A stretch of DNA of 63,069 nt, the filler included, from Reticulomyxa filosa (Eukaryota > Protista > Foraminifera): NCBI GenBank assembly GCA_000512085.1. It is 13 parts of 13 records of this genome, joined end to end, with 100 filler letters (N's around TTAATTAATTAA, not from the genome) between each part and the next. Parts side by side here need not be neighbours in the genome. Positions count along the whole stretch, not along the records: positions 50,985 to 52,980 come from ASPP01029349.1; positions 53,081 to 54,080 come from ASPP01049870.1; positions 54,181 to 55,478 come from ASPP01014687.1; positions 55,579 to 57,113 come from ASPP01011857.1; positions 57,214 to 58,213 come from ASPP01042996.1; positions 58,314 to 63,069 come from ASPP01022612.1; 7 more parts are not named here. The stretch is one strand, 5' to 3'. This document shows, in pieces, positions 51,380-63,069 of the stretch. The notes under the pieces are model-generated. The model was not told where the DNA came from, made no database searches, and was given only the letters and a program-made list of their open reading frames with translations. Each line of letters opens with the position of its first letter. Position 1 is the first letter of the stretch. Made by a program: the position numbers and the translations under genes.

Positions 51380-52980
51380 ATGAAAAAAGACAAATATTTT
51401 TAAGTATTGATGAATGACTTTTGATTGAACAGTTTTGCAAAGTCTCGACTTTTTTTAAATTTCACATGATGTCAATCAAACGAGATACAGCAGATTCACA
51501 GTAATCTACTTGTCCATGAAAATTCTCAATTGTGATCGACAATTGATAATCGTGCTTCCAACTGTTGACATATTTTTTTTTTTTTTTTTTTGCCACAATG
51601 TTATATAACAATTTGTAAGAAAAAAACAAAAAAAGCCATTACATCATCTTTTGCTGTTGCATAAACACCAAGAAAGCTAAAAAGTTTTCAGATGATTTCA
51701 CTAATTTGATAAATTCAGTGTCTGTTTGGAATTGATTTAAAAATGAAGACTTCCTTCAAAAACACCAAGCGCATTAAACTTCTCCAAATGTGTGCACCAT
51801 TGTTCAAAATCCGCTTGAAATACCATAAACATGACTTCCCAACACTTTTCAGCATGATTTGAACAGACATGATCCCACACATTCTTATCTTGCAGCAACA
51901 CAACAACAATTCCGAAATGGATTGAACGACTATACTTGGGAGCAATTACATTCAATTTTCGTATACGTAAATCCGTCTTCAACACAGAAATGAATTTTTT
52001 TTTTTTTTATCCAAATCATTATCTTTCCATTCCAAATGTTCATTTTTTTTTTTTAAACATTCCAATAATTTAAATCCAGGTGCGTAGTTTGTTCAAACAT
52101 GGAATGAGAAAAAAGAAATCCCAGTTGGAAAGCTTTCTGTTGAAATGTGAATTTATATCATTGATCAACATCCCTTTAATGATTGAAGGCAGTTTGGCAT
52201 GACATTGCTCAGAGACACACGAGATTATTTCAAACCACTTCCAAGATGGACCATTGTCCTTCAGATGGACCATTGTCCTTCAGATGTAACACTGCCTCCA
52301 TTTTCTTTGAATAATCCAATTTCCATTTACGCAATAGTAAATGTGGCAACACCTTGATTTTTTATTTTTATTAGCCATTCTCTCTTTTTCTTCAAAACTG
52401 ATGACAAATGTATCTATATTATTTCAAATTGCTGTATCCTTTTTTTTCCAATTCTTGTTCTGACTGCTCCTTCCTTTTTGCAATTACCGATTTTATGTGT
52501 CCACATCATTGACGCTGTCCAATAAATGATTACAAATGATTCTCTCTGCCATAACGAGCGTGTATTGAATAATTTTTCCTTTTGTTTGTGTACTGTACAC
52601 AAAGAGATACTTTTCCTTGTACTACTTGAAAATCTTTGTAAAAAACGGTGGATGAAATCTTTTGCAGCTCGCATTCTTTTTTTTATCACAAATGTAAGGT
52701 ATTACTATAAACCTTTAAAAAAACCGCTTCTTGCATCTTCATTATCTTCTGATGAAATGGATGGGATATCTGTTTCTTGTTCACAGACATAAACACGCAG
52801 ATTTCTTTCAGTAGAGTGCCAATGTCTGCATCTTCGGTTAACTCTTGAAATTTTTGCACCGATTTTCCAACACTTTTGAATTCTTGGAATTTGTTTGTAT
52901 GAATCTTTTTCCAACATCTGTACAATCTCTCTGATAGAACACCACACCGAGTTCGTATGCACGCCTCAATCACTTTCTTC
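51380..52980 (-). pseudogene. Frameshifted fragment of a large unidentified helical protein
   Basis: A chain of short protein-like minus-strand ORFs in shifting frames, with a frame-breaking 19-bp tandem duplication (AGATGGACCATTGTCCTTC x2) at ~52244-52281. Confidence 0.4.
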
Positions 52981-53080
52981 NNNNNNNNNNNNNNNNNNNN
53001 NNNNNNNNNNNNNNNNNNNNNNNNTTAATTAATTAANNNNNNNNNNNNNNNNNNNNNNNNNNNNNNNNNNNNNNNNNNNN
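52981..53080. other. Artificial contig linker
   Basis: N44-TTAATTAATTAA-N44. Confidence 0.98.
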
Positions 53081-54080
53081 TATGCAATAGATGCAGAGAA
53101 AGTTATACCAAAAAATTGTTTTAAAAAGTTAATACCAATGTTGATATTGAAGAAATGCTGACACAAGTTATTCGTAATTTGTACCAAGAGATCAAAGGAA
53201 GGCAACATTTGCTCGACAGACATTTCGAGTTGCTTTGTGTCTGTTCCCTTGATTAGAGAAAAAATTGTGACATATTGCATTATAACATCGCCATAGAAAT
53301 ACAACACAGTCTCGCAATTGGCCAAAGATATGGAACCACACACAGTGCAAGCAATGCAAAGGATAATGTTTTTGAGCGATGGCACTAAATTAGATGCAAC
53401 GGAAAATATCTCTACGATCACATCCATTACATATTTTTGACAAGTATCTTCGCTGCAGTCATTCAACGAAGAAAATTCTGCAAGCAGAGTTGCTAATAGT
53501 TTTCCGCTTTGAACAATTTTTATACGTTTACCACTTTGTGTTGTAATGAATTGGTGCTGCTCCGAGGTTTTCTGATCTTCCACCTTAGTTTCTTCTATCT
53601 TCATTTCTTCCGCTTTAATTTCGTCTGTCTTTATTTCTTCCGTTTTGACATTCTCTATTTTAATAGTTTCATCCAATGCCATGACTTTGGGATTGTTCAC
53701 AATTTCATCAACCAACTGCTTTTGGCACCAGTGATGAAGCAAACGACTGAAAGGAAATCGAGCTATGTATTTCATTGGCACCACGTGGAGTTCGATCGTG
53801 TCTTCGGCAAGTCGCGATGTGACCTGCTTGATTTCCTCAATTTGCAATAGCGAAAAGCTCTTTGCGCAGCTGACAAAAATGTGATCCAATTCGGTCATTT
53901 GCTGTTCAAATCCGTTGAAACAGACTTGGAAATAACAGTTTTCATAACATGCCAACAAAATGTTGATCAGACCCATTGTTACCAATTTGTCAATGGTATG
54001 TTTGTAATGTTCAAAGAATGAGCCTTCGCACAGCTGATTCTCATCATTTTTGCTTCTTTTTGCGCACTGAAGGATGATAT
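53081..54080 (-). CDS. Internal fragment of a large helical protein, possibly RNF213/mysterin-like
   Basis: A ~300-aa open frame spanning most of the 1-kb contig. ARFPFSRLLHHW resembles the (V/F)PFSxxI motif I recall from RNF213 homologues; the family call is weak. Confidence 0.45.
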
Positions 54081-54180
54081 NNNNNNNNNNNNNNNNNNNN
54101 NNNNNNNNNNNNNNNNNNNNNNNNTTAATTAATTAANNNNNNNNNNNNNNNNNNNNNNNNNNNNNNNNNNNNNNNNNNNN
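54081..54180. other. Artificial contig linker
   Basis: N44-TTAATTAATTAA-N44. Confidence 0.98.
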
Positions 54181-54182
54181 CC

Positions 54183-54389
<207 letters not shown>

Positions 54390-54519
54390 GCCCGTGCTAC
54401 CGTACCGCTGCACAGGGTTGGACGCCGGGCGCCGCGGTACGGTCAGCCGCGACATATAAGGTTGGCCGCAGCCCATGCTGCGGCCAACGCATATCGACAC
54501 TGCCAGACGAGACACACAC

Positions 54520-55478
54520 ATGAAACTCGCTACCTATCAGAACCAGACTCGAGACGGCCAGCTGCTGGTAGTCAGCCGCGACCTTAGCCGTGCCGTGGCC
54601 GTGCCGCAGATTGCGGCCAACCTGCAAGCCGCGCTGGATAACTGGGCGCAAGCGGAACCCAAACTGCAGGAAAGTGTACGCCGCGCTGAACCAGGGCGAG
54701 GTGGCCGGCGAATTCGCCTTCGACCAGGCCCGCTGCCACAGCCCGTTGCCGCGTGCCTACCAGTGGGCCGACGGCTCTGCCTATCTGAACCACGTGGAGC
54801 TGGTGCGCAAGGCGCGTGGTGCCGAAGTGCCGGCCAGCTTTTATACCGACCCGCTGATGTACCAGGGCGGTTCCGATGCCTTCCTGCCGCCGCGTGCCGG
54901 CATTCCGCTGCGCGACGCCAGCTGGGGGCTGGACTTTGAAGGGGAAGTAGCCGTCATTACTGGCGACGTACCGCTGGGCGCCGATGCGGCCGAGTGCGCC
55001 AAGCACATCCGCCTGCTGATGCTGGTAAACGATGTGACGCTGCGCAACCTGATTCCCAACGAGCTGGCCAAGGGCTTCGGCTTCTTCCAGAGCAAGCCGG
55101 CTACTGCCTTCTCGCCGGTAGCAGTGACCCCTGACGAACTGGGCGACGCCTGGCAAGACGGCAAAGTACACTTGCCATTGTTGGTGGATTACAACGGCGC
55201 CTTCTATGGCAAGCCCAACGCCGGGGTGGAGATGCAGTTCAACTTCCCGCAGCTGGTGGCGCACGTTTCGAAAACCCGCGAGCTGGTGGCTGGCTCCATC
55301 GTCGGCTCCGGCACCATCTCCAACCGCGACCGCAGTGTAGGCAGCTGCTGCCTGGCCGAACAGCGCATGATCGAGATCATCGATAGCGGCACCGCCATCA
55401 CCCGTTCATGAAAGTGGGCGACAGCGTGCGTATCGAGATGAAAGACGCCAGCGGCGACAGCATCTTCGGCACCATCGA
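54520..55478 (+). CDS. Bacterial fumarylacetoacetate hydrolase-family protein (two probable sequencing frameshifts; 3' truncated)
   Basis: MKLATYQNQTRDGQLLVVSRDL; SPLPRAYQWADGSAYLNHVELVRKARG; DFEGEVAV; LVNDVTLRNLIPNELAKGFGFFQSKP; GSGTISN. It follows hppD (tyrosine catabolism). Frameshifts at ~54672 and ~55402. Confidence 0.93.
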
Positions 55479-55578
55479 NNNNNNNNNNNNNNNNNNNNNN
55501 NNNNNNNNNNNNNNNNNNNNNNTTAATTAATTAANNNNNNNNNNNNNNNNNNNNNNNNNNNNNNNNNNNNNNNNNNNN
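55479..55578. other. Artificial contig linker
   Basis: N44-TTAATTAATTAA-N44. Confidence 0.98.
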
Positions 55579-56835
55579 TACAAACGCTGGCCATGCTGCT
55601 GGACCGCGCACCGCACGGCCCGCAACTGGTGGTAGCCCCTACCTCGGTGGCGCTGAACTGGATCGCCGAGGCCGCCCGCTTTGCGCCAACGCTGAAAGTA
55701 CGCGCCTACCAGCAGCAGCGCACGCTGCTTGGGTTGGAGCCGATGGACCTGGTGATCGTCAGCTACGGCCTGCTGCAGCAGGACGCCGACGACTTTGCCA
55801 GCGTACCGTGGCAGACCGTGGTGCTGGACGAGGCGCAGGCCATCAAGAACGCCGGCACCAAACGGTCGCAGGCGGTGATGAGCCTGCAGGCCGGCTTCCG
55901 CCTGGCCGCTTCCGGTACGCCGGTAGAAAACCACCTGGGCGAGCTGTGGAACCTGTTCCGTTTTGTGAACCCGGGCCTGTTGGGCAGCCAGGAACGCTTT
56001 GCGCAGCGCTTTGCCACCCCGATCGAGCGCGGTGACAAGAACGCCCGCCGCGCGCTGAAGCAGCTGATCCAGCCCTTCATCCTGCGCCGGACCAAGAGCC
56101 AGGTGCTGGACGAGCTGCCGCCGCGTACCGGATCACGCGCAAGGTACCGCTGTCGGCCGACGAGCTGCACCTGTACGAAGCCATGCGCCAGCAGGCAGTG
56201 GAAAAGCTGGACGAGCTGCAAGGCGAGGACGGCAAGCAGATGCAGGTGCTGGCCGAAATCACCCGCCTGCGCCGCTTCTGCTGCCACCCCAAACTGGCGT
56301 TGCCGGACTCCACGCTGTCCGGCAGCAAGCTGGCCGCGTTTGCCGACATCGCCGACGAGCTGCTGGAAAACGGCCACAAGGCGCTGGTGTTCAGCCAGTT
56401 TTCGACCACCTGGCCATCGTGCGCCAGCACCTGGACGAACGCGGCGTACGCTACCAGTACCTGGATGGCACCACGCCGGCGCGCGAGCGCAAGGCGCGCG
56501 TGGACGCGTTCCAGAAAGGTGAAGGCGACATCTTCCTGATCAGCCTGAAAGCCGGCGGTACCGGCCTCAACCTGACCGCGGCCGACTACGTGATCCACCT
56601 CGACCCGTGGTGGAACCCGGCAGTGGAAGACCAGGCCAGCGACCGTGCCTACCGCATGGGCCAGCAACGGCCGGTGACCATCTACCGCCTGGTGGCCGAG
56701 CACACCATCGAGGAACAGATCGTCGCCCTGCACCACGCCAAGCGCGACCTGGCCGACAGCCTGCTGTCCGGCGGCGACATCAGCGCCAAGCTGGACGCCG
56801 AAGCGCTGCTGGCCTTGCTGCGCGGCGAGGGTTAA
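55579..56835 (+). CDS. Bacterial SNF2/SWI2-family helicase, C-terminal part (5' truncated; two probable sequencing frameshifts)
   Basis: [94 protein letters not shown]. Frameshifts at ~56130 and ~56402. Confidence 0.95.
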
Positions 56836-56863
56836 GCCCGCCACTGGCGAGCACCGAACACCC

Positions 56864-56889
56864 AGCCCACCATCCGGTGGGCTTTTTTT
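56864..56889 (+). terminator. Rho-independent terminator
   Basis: AGCCCACC-ATCC-GGTGGGCT hairpin followed by a T run, about 30 bp after the SNF2 stop. Confidence 0.88.
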
Positions 56890-57023
56890 ACGCCTGCGGC
56901 CAACCTTGCAGTCACGTATCTGTCACGCAAAGGTTGGCCGCGTGGCAGCGTCACGATTTGTCACGTATCGATTGCCCGTCGAGCCAAGGCTTGCTAGCTG
57001 CGATGCCGGCCGTACACTGGCTG

Positions 57024-57113
57024 CGCCACACCGCCACACCGCCACACCGCCACACCGCCACACCGCCACACCGCCACACCGCCACACCGCCACACCGCCA
57101 CACCGCCACACCG
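57024..57113 (+). repeat. Perfect 8-bp tandem repeat (CGCCACAC)n, at least 11 copies, running into the contig end
   Basis: Seen directly in the sequence. Confidence 0.95.
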
Positions 57114-57213
57114 NNNNNNNNNNNNNNNNNNNNNNNNNNNNNNNNNNNNNNNNNNNNTTAATTAATTAANNNNNNNNNNNNNNNNNNNNNNNNNNNNNNN
57201 NNNNNNNNNNNNN
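57114..57213. other. Artificial contig linker
   Basis: N44-TTAATTAATTAA-N44. Confidence 0.98.
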
Positions 57214-58213
57214 TGCGATATCGATAAAATAAATTTTTTTTAGTAAAACTTATTTGCTGCCAAATATTCTCTTAAGCTTAGTTTCAGTGTGGCTAAATTA
57301 AAAAGCAAACCTTGAATTCAACTTATTTACGACAGTAATTATGTCGTTACAAGAATAATACAGAAAGGATTGTTTAGTCTTATGCAGTAAACAACATCAA
57401 AGTAGCTCAGTGCAATGCGAAAAGCAAGAGAAAATTTAGTATCAAAATTACTAGAAAAGAAAATACATTATTGAAAAACTATTCTCAAAGAAATCAAAGC
57501 ATTAAAAAAATAACAATGATAACAGACATTAAAAGAAAAAGATTGAAAGGAAAAAGGACTAGAACAACAATAAAAATACAAAATAGTAAATCATATGGTG
57601 ATGAAATAAAATATATAATGCAAGAATTAGCATATGTGAAATTAACATTTCAGTAAATATTGCAATATATAAATCAAGTGTTTATCCAAGTGTTGAGTTG
57701 GAATATATTACAATGAAATCAACATAACGTATATTACCAATTGTAATTTTTCAGCACAATATAATTTGATTTTATTACAATGTCCAAATATTAGAACAAA
57801 ACTTGCATCAGGATTTGTGATACCAACCAGTTAGAACAAAATCAGCATTGGTGTTCCATATTATGCAAAAGAAATACTAGAATGTTTTGCATTGCTTTAT
57901 ATTCATTTTTTTTAATTTAATTTTTTGTTGTTTTGTTCACGTTTTATATATTTGATTATTATTTTTTCACGTACTTGCTGTGTTTTGGGCACATTAGTAA
58001 GTCAATCAGATGCGTTCTTTTGCAAAGTGCAAAGCTGTATTTTTAGTGTTTTTCTTGAAAATGCAGTTTTCCGACTTAAATTTTGTTTTCTATAATATGA
58101 TTAAAACATTTTTTACATTGCCAAAAATCTTGTCTTGTGTGCAGTCTATTGTCATCATACATTTCTGGATTGTTAATATATCTTTTTTATCGTTTGAATT
58201 TTTTCTATTTTCG

Positions 58214-58313
58214 NNNNNNNNNNNNNNNNNNNNNNNNNNNNNNNNNNNNNNNNNNNNTTAATTAATTAANNNNNNNNNNNNNNNNNNNNNNNNNNNNNNN
58301 NNNNNNNNNNNNN
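58214..58313. other. Artificial contig linker
   Basis: N44-TTAATTAATTAA-N44. Confidence 0.98.
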
Positions 58314-58613
58314 TCTTCTTCTTCTTCTTCTTCTTTCTTTTCTTTCTTTCTTCTTCTTTTCTTTTTCTTTTCTTTTCTCTCTTTCTTTTGTTTTTGATCT
58401 TTTTTTCGGCTTTTCTATCTCTTTTTCTGTAGCTTTTTTCTTTGTTCTCTCTTTACTTTTTTTCACTTTGCTTTTTTTCTTTTTGCTTTTCTCCTTCATT
58501 TCACCATTTTTTTTCATCTTTTTTTTCGGTGGCTCTATCGATTGCAACGTGTCTGATTCTACGTCTTTAAACGCATCTTTATGTTTGCGCTTTTTTTTGT
58601 TTTCTGTTGTCAT
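58314..58613 (-). CDS. Lys/Glu-rich low-complexity N-terminus of an unidentified (likely nuclear/nucleolar) protein, truncated
   Basis: MTTENKKKRKHK...EPPKKKMKK with NLS-like motifs; open to the contig edge. Confidence 0.4.
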
Positions 58614-59094
58614 CTTAATTTCCGCAATGTTTTTCTTGCTTCTGTCCTCCTTTCAACTCTTATTCATTTGTTCCATTTAATTTTATGAACAAATTATCAA
58701 TATATTAATCATGTACTGTTTTAAGCATTTTTATCTAAATTTGAAAGAGATGTGAATTAAAATAGAGCAAATACTAGAAATGAACGCTTCAATTATGTAC
58801 TAAAAGAATCGAGAAAACAATAGAATACACGATAACAACAGAATCTGGCTATTTGAAGGATTCTTGGAGTGACAATCACAATGAAGAGAGAGAAAAAAAG
58901 ATCAAAAACCTTAGTTGGACGAAGATAAAATGTAGCTTGAAACATAAACAAAGGCATATGAAAACAAGCCCTCCCCTCTCAACCAAAAATACTGGAACAT
59001 GAGCTACATCAGCATCCAAGCAATAAAAAATTACAAACAATGTATTTATATATTTATTACTTTTTCTTTGGAAAAAAAGGAGGAGTGAAAGATT

Positions 59095-62000
59095 TTAGTC
59101 GCTTTCATCACTGTCAAATTCTTTGACTCTTAATTTATCACCTTTAAAACCTGGTCGTAAATAATTCAATAGTGAAGGTTTTGCGGGCAAATCGGTATTT
59201 CCCTCCCCGGAAGATTTGGAATAATTTTTTAACAATAGCGAATTGAGAACTACTGATACACTTGATAAGCACATCAAGAGCCCGGCCATATAAGGTGGCA
59301 ATGCCCAATGCAGCCACGGCCAAAACAAGCCGGCAGCAAAAGGTATCATAGCAACGTTGTAAACCAAGGCCCATCCAAAGTTTTGCCAAATCTTGCGCAA
59401 AGTCAACCGACTCACATTGATGAGTTCCAGTACATCTGGTAGATTGGACTTGACCAAGACAACACTCGCTGATGCAATGGCAACGTCAGTTCCGGCCCCA
59501 ATGGCAACACCGACGTCCGCAGCTGCCAAACTAGGACTATCATTGATGCCATCTCCGACAAAGCCGACAATGTGTTTCTTCTTGCTTTCTTTGTCAACGT
59601 ACTTTGTTCGTTTATATGTATGTGTGTGTGTGTGTGTGTTTGAAAATAAAGACATATATATATATATACATATACACATATGTGTTCGTATTACGTAAAC
59701 AACAATAGAACATAGAATGACAAACAAAAGCATTGATAACTCGTTGTTGTAGTTGTTGGACAATGAATTGCTTATCCTTTGGTTGGACTTGCGCACGGAC
59801 GCGTGAATGATCGATACCAATTTGGTCGGCAATAACGTAAGAATTGATGGAATGATCCCCTGTGATCATCCAACATTCGACATGGTACTCGTGTTCTAAG
59901 GCATGAATAACATATTTTGCATCAGATTTAATGGTATCGGCAACAGCTATCATGCACACCAACGTCCGGTTTATGCTAACATAAATCAGCGAATAGCCTC
60001 GTTTTTGTAAGCGTGTCAAATACTCGGTGAAATCGCATTTCAACAATTTCGATTTGTTATTGCCGCTGTTTCGAATTACGATTGGTCTCATTCGCAAGTC
60101 CACTTGTTTTATATTCATGTAAGTTTCATTGCCAATGTCCAACTTTATCAAAGAGAACAGCACAAAAAGGTGATGGCAATTTCCAAAATGAAAATAAAAA
60201 CTAAAGTCAAAGCAAAATGTGTGATCGTTTGTGAAGCAACAGAGAGAGAGAGAGAGAGAAACCTCGATGACTTGATTTTGATGAGCAAGACGAAACACGC
60301 CATAGACACCCAATCCAGTTTGAGCTTGAAAAGACTCACATGGCATGGTGGCCCCTTTTTCTTGTGGGAACATGGAGTCAATATGTTCGCAAACGGAATG
60401 AGCAATGACATGATCAGACTGACTTTCACAAGAGTAAATCATTTTCCAAAAAAGTTTTTGTCGTGTTTGAAAAGCCTGATCTTTGCTCTGCACATCATCG
60501 GACTTGACTTCAGAGATGTCATGAATATTGTCAAGCAATAAAAGGCGTTCAAGCTTGTCAGTGTCTGCTAGCACTTTGACCACTCGCATTTTGCCTTCCG
60601 TCAATGTGCCCGTTTTATCAAACACCATACAAGTGATCTGTCCCGCTCGTTCCAAAGGCTCTCCACCTTTGAACAGTACACCCAACTCTGCCGCTTTGCC
60701 CGTGCCGACCATGACTGCCGTCGGTGTCGCCAGTCCCAATGCACACGGACAAGAGATGACTAGCACCGAAATCGAAAACATGACGCTGTAAAACAGCTTC
60801 GAATGAATAGAAAAGAGAGAAGACGAAGAATGATGCGAGTTTTGCACAGACGGCATTGCAGAATTGCCCGACGCTCTCGAGTGTTGAGTTTCGCCCATTG
60901 CGCCCATTAGTTGTTGTGTATGCACAATGTTATAATGCAGTAACAGTGTCCACAGAATCAATACAAAGGTACTCATCGCGATGACAGCAGGCACAAACTT
61001 GGTCGCAATATTGTCAGCCAATTTTTGCACTGGCGCTTTCGATGTTTGCGCGTTTTCGACCAATTCAATAATTTTAGACAACATCGTGTCTCCACCTGTC
61101 TTTTGGACTTGCATATATAATGTGTTTGATAGGTTTATTGTCGCGCCAATAACTTGATCACCCACGCTTTTGTATACTGGCAATGACTCCCCTGTTATCA
61201 ATGATTCATCCACTTGCGACTCTCCCTTTATCACTACTCCATCCATCGGAATCTTCTCGCCACGCTTCACCTCCACTATATCGCCCACTTGTAACAAGCG
61301 TGGTTCCACGTCTTCCAATACAATCTCTTCTTGCGTTTTGTTCTTTTCCTCCGGTTCTGCTTCTTTCTTTTCATCTTCTTTCTTCCAATCTTTTATCCAC
61401 TCTGATGGGCATTTTGTCACTAAATGAGCACTCGATGGCTTTTTTTTTTTTTTTTTTTAATGTAATGCCTTTTTTTTTCCTCCCCCCCTCCCTCTCTTCT
61501 TTTTTTTTTTTGTTTGTTTGTTTGTTTGAAGAAAACAACATTTGTAACTTGCAAATCCATTAATTTATCCAAAGCTTCACTAGTTTTCCCTTTGGCAACG
61601 GTTTCCATATACTTGCCTAACAAGATGACAGTGATGAGCGTGGAACTCGTTTCGAACATGGTTTGCGCTTTTTCGGTGCTTTGGTCGATAATGCAAATGA
61701 TCACGCTGATGAGGCTGAACCAATAGCTAGTGAAAGTAGCCAATGCAACTAAAACATCCATGTTCGCTGTTTTTGACTTCAGCAGCGACTTCAAAGCGCC
61801 GCGAAGGAACAGCCAACCTGGCGGTCCAAATTGCACGGGAGTGACTAACAAGAACAAAACCAAGTCACTTATCGCACATCCGGGCGTTATTTGATACGCA
61901 AATGCATCTCTAAACTCGGCCCACAACAATGGCACTATCATTCCAAGTGTAAACGCAGGAATAGCAAAGAATGAGCTAAATTGCAGCAATGTTTGCCTTT

Positions 62001-63020
62001 TTTTTTTTTTTTTTTAATTTGTAAAATATTGGCATGTAAATGTAAATGAATACACATATGTATATGTATACATTTGTCTATAAAATCAATACGTATCCGC
62101 TGTTTTGTTCCTCCAACACACCCTTACTTTCTTCGGTTGTTTATTTCAAAAAATACACATGTATACGTATTTTTATTTTTTTATTTTTTTTTACCATTTT
62201 TTTAATTCTTCTAATCTAAGTTCATGCATGTTTTGTTTCTTTTGGGTAATGTCGGTGGAATCAAAAAGTACTTGGCACTCCATCTGACAATGCAATTCGG
62301 CATATTTTTTAATGTCTCTCAGGCCAGTGGCCTGTTTGTCGTATGTGATAACGAAGTAAGTAGCTTGTTCTTCCAAAGTTCCTGTTATCAGTCCATTAAG
62401 CGTCATTGTGGGTCTTGCGCCTTTTTGGTGGTTCTCACTACGCGAATAGTTACAAATATCCATTAAAAACTCAAGCCATCGGGAACAACGAATATTGTCC
62501 CACACTTTGTTTTTTACAGCAGCGTCGTCTTTGTTTCTATTTCGTATTTTTACATCCATAATTCCACAGCATTCCAGTAATTTTTTCATCAACAGTGTCT
62601 CTTTTTCTGGGGTTATCTCCACTATTTTCATTGTAAATTCATTTGAACTTGACAATTCCAAAATCCTTTTTTTTTTTTTTTTTTTTGATGAGTTTGCTTG
62701 AGTGTGTGTCAGACGTGTGTTCTAAATTTTTTTTTTTGAATGGAATGATCCATACGTATGCAAGTACTCACAAAAAAAAAAATAAATAAATAAATAAATT
62801 TGTTTTACTCGGCATCAAAGCCAATATCTTGTATTTCCTCAATAATTGTCGCTTCTGATATCGTTTGTGGATCAAAAAGTACTTCTGCGCGTTTCATCAA
62901 CAGCGATACACTTATATTTTGTACTCCTTTTATGCCATTATTTAATTGTGTGTTATGTGGAGGGGGGGACGGTTTAGTGTTTTGTAAAGTGGAAAAAGTT
63001 TTCGTGGAAATCATTGCCAT
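59095..63020 (-). CDS. P1B-1 copper-transporting P-type ATPase (ATP7/CCC2/CopA-like), multi-exon, 5' end outside the window
   Basis: HMA tail ([18 protein letters not shown]...IQDIGFDA), [70 protein letters not shown]. Confidence 0.95.
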
Positions 63021-63069
63021 TTTTAAAAATATTGTTGCTATGCTTACTTTTTACGAAAATATATTTTTT

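Noticed and set aside
54584-56844. Long antisense and alternative-frame ORFs over the bacterial genes
   Set aside because: Typical shadow ORFs of high-GC coding DNA.
57214-58213. Possible non-LTR retroelement 3' relic (LILLQCPNIRTKL resembles a terminal zinc-knuckle)
   Set aside because: Only one short motif, many stops, and no RT, endonuclease or RNase H motifs; unsupported.

Overview
This window is not one locus. It is 13 separate assembly contigs joined by twelve identical artificial 100-bp linkers (N44-TTAATTAATTAA-N44), so adjacency across a linker carries no biological meaning. Eleven contigs are AT-rich, intron-containing eukaryotic DNA, most consistent with the foraminiferan Reticulomyxa filosa or a relative. 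This is inferred from my recollection of its expanded WD40 family with a 'WxRxLxIKLGWIxDFDKIxxKY' leader exon and its kelch family, not from a search. Recognisable eukaryotic genes: proteasome Rpn3, a divergent Trm1-like protein, a P4-ATPase (5' part), a GH3 beta-xylosidase, a G-alpha subunit, a kelch+TPR protein, a tandem WD40 array, a CAMK-type kinase, an FtsH/YME1-like protease, a D-box/BTB-BACK/Stc1-like zinc-finger protein, a secreted Pro/Thr-repeat beta-helix protein, a TBC1D24-like protein, an SR-like two-RRM protein, an OB-repeat protein and a P1B Cu-ATPase. Two contigs (54181-57113) are GC-rich bacterial DNA (hppD, a fumarylacetoacetate hydrolase-family gene, a SNF2 helicase), probably co-sequenced bacteria. 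I found no CRISPR array, RNA gene or intact mobile element, and no clear multi-gene novel system. The best leads are a natural Q-to-L (predicted GTPase-deficient) G-alpha, the BTB/Stc1-like zinc-finger fusion with a D-box, introns whose 3' splice sites are preceded by poly(A) rather than a polypyrimidine tract, a Trm1 paralog lacking its catalytic motif, and a kinase with a ~200-aa activation-loop insert. Exon boundaries were inferred by eye.
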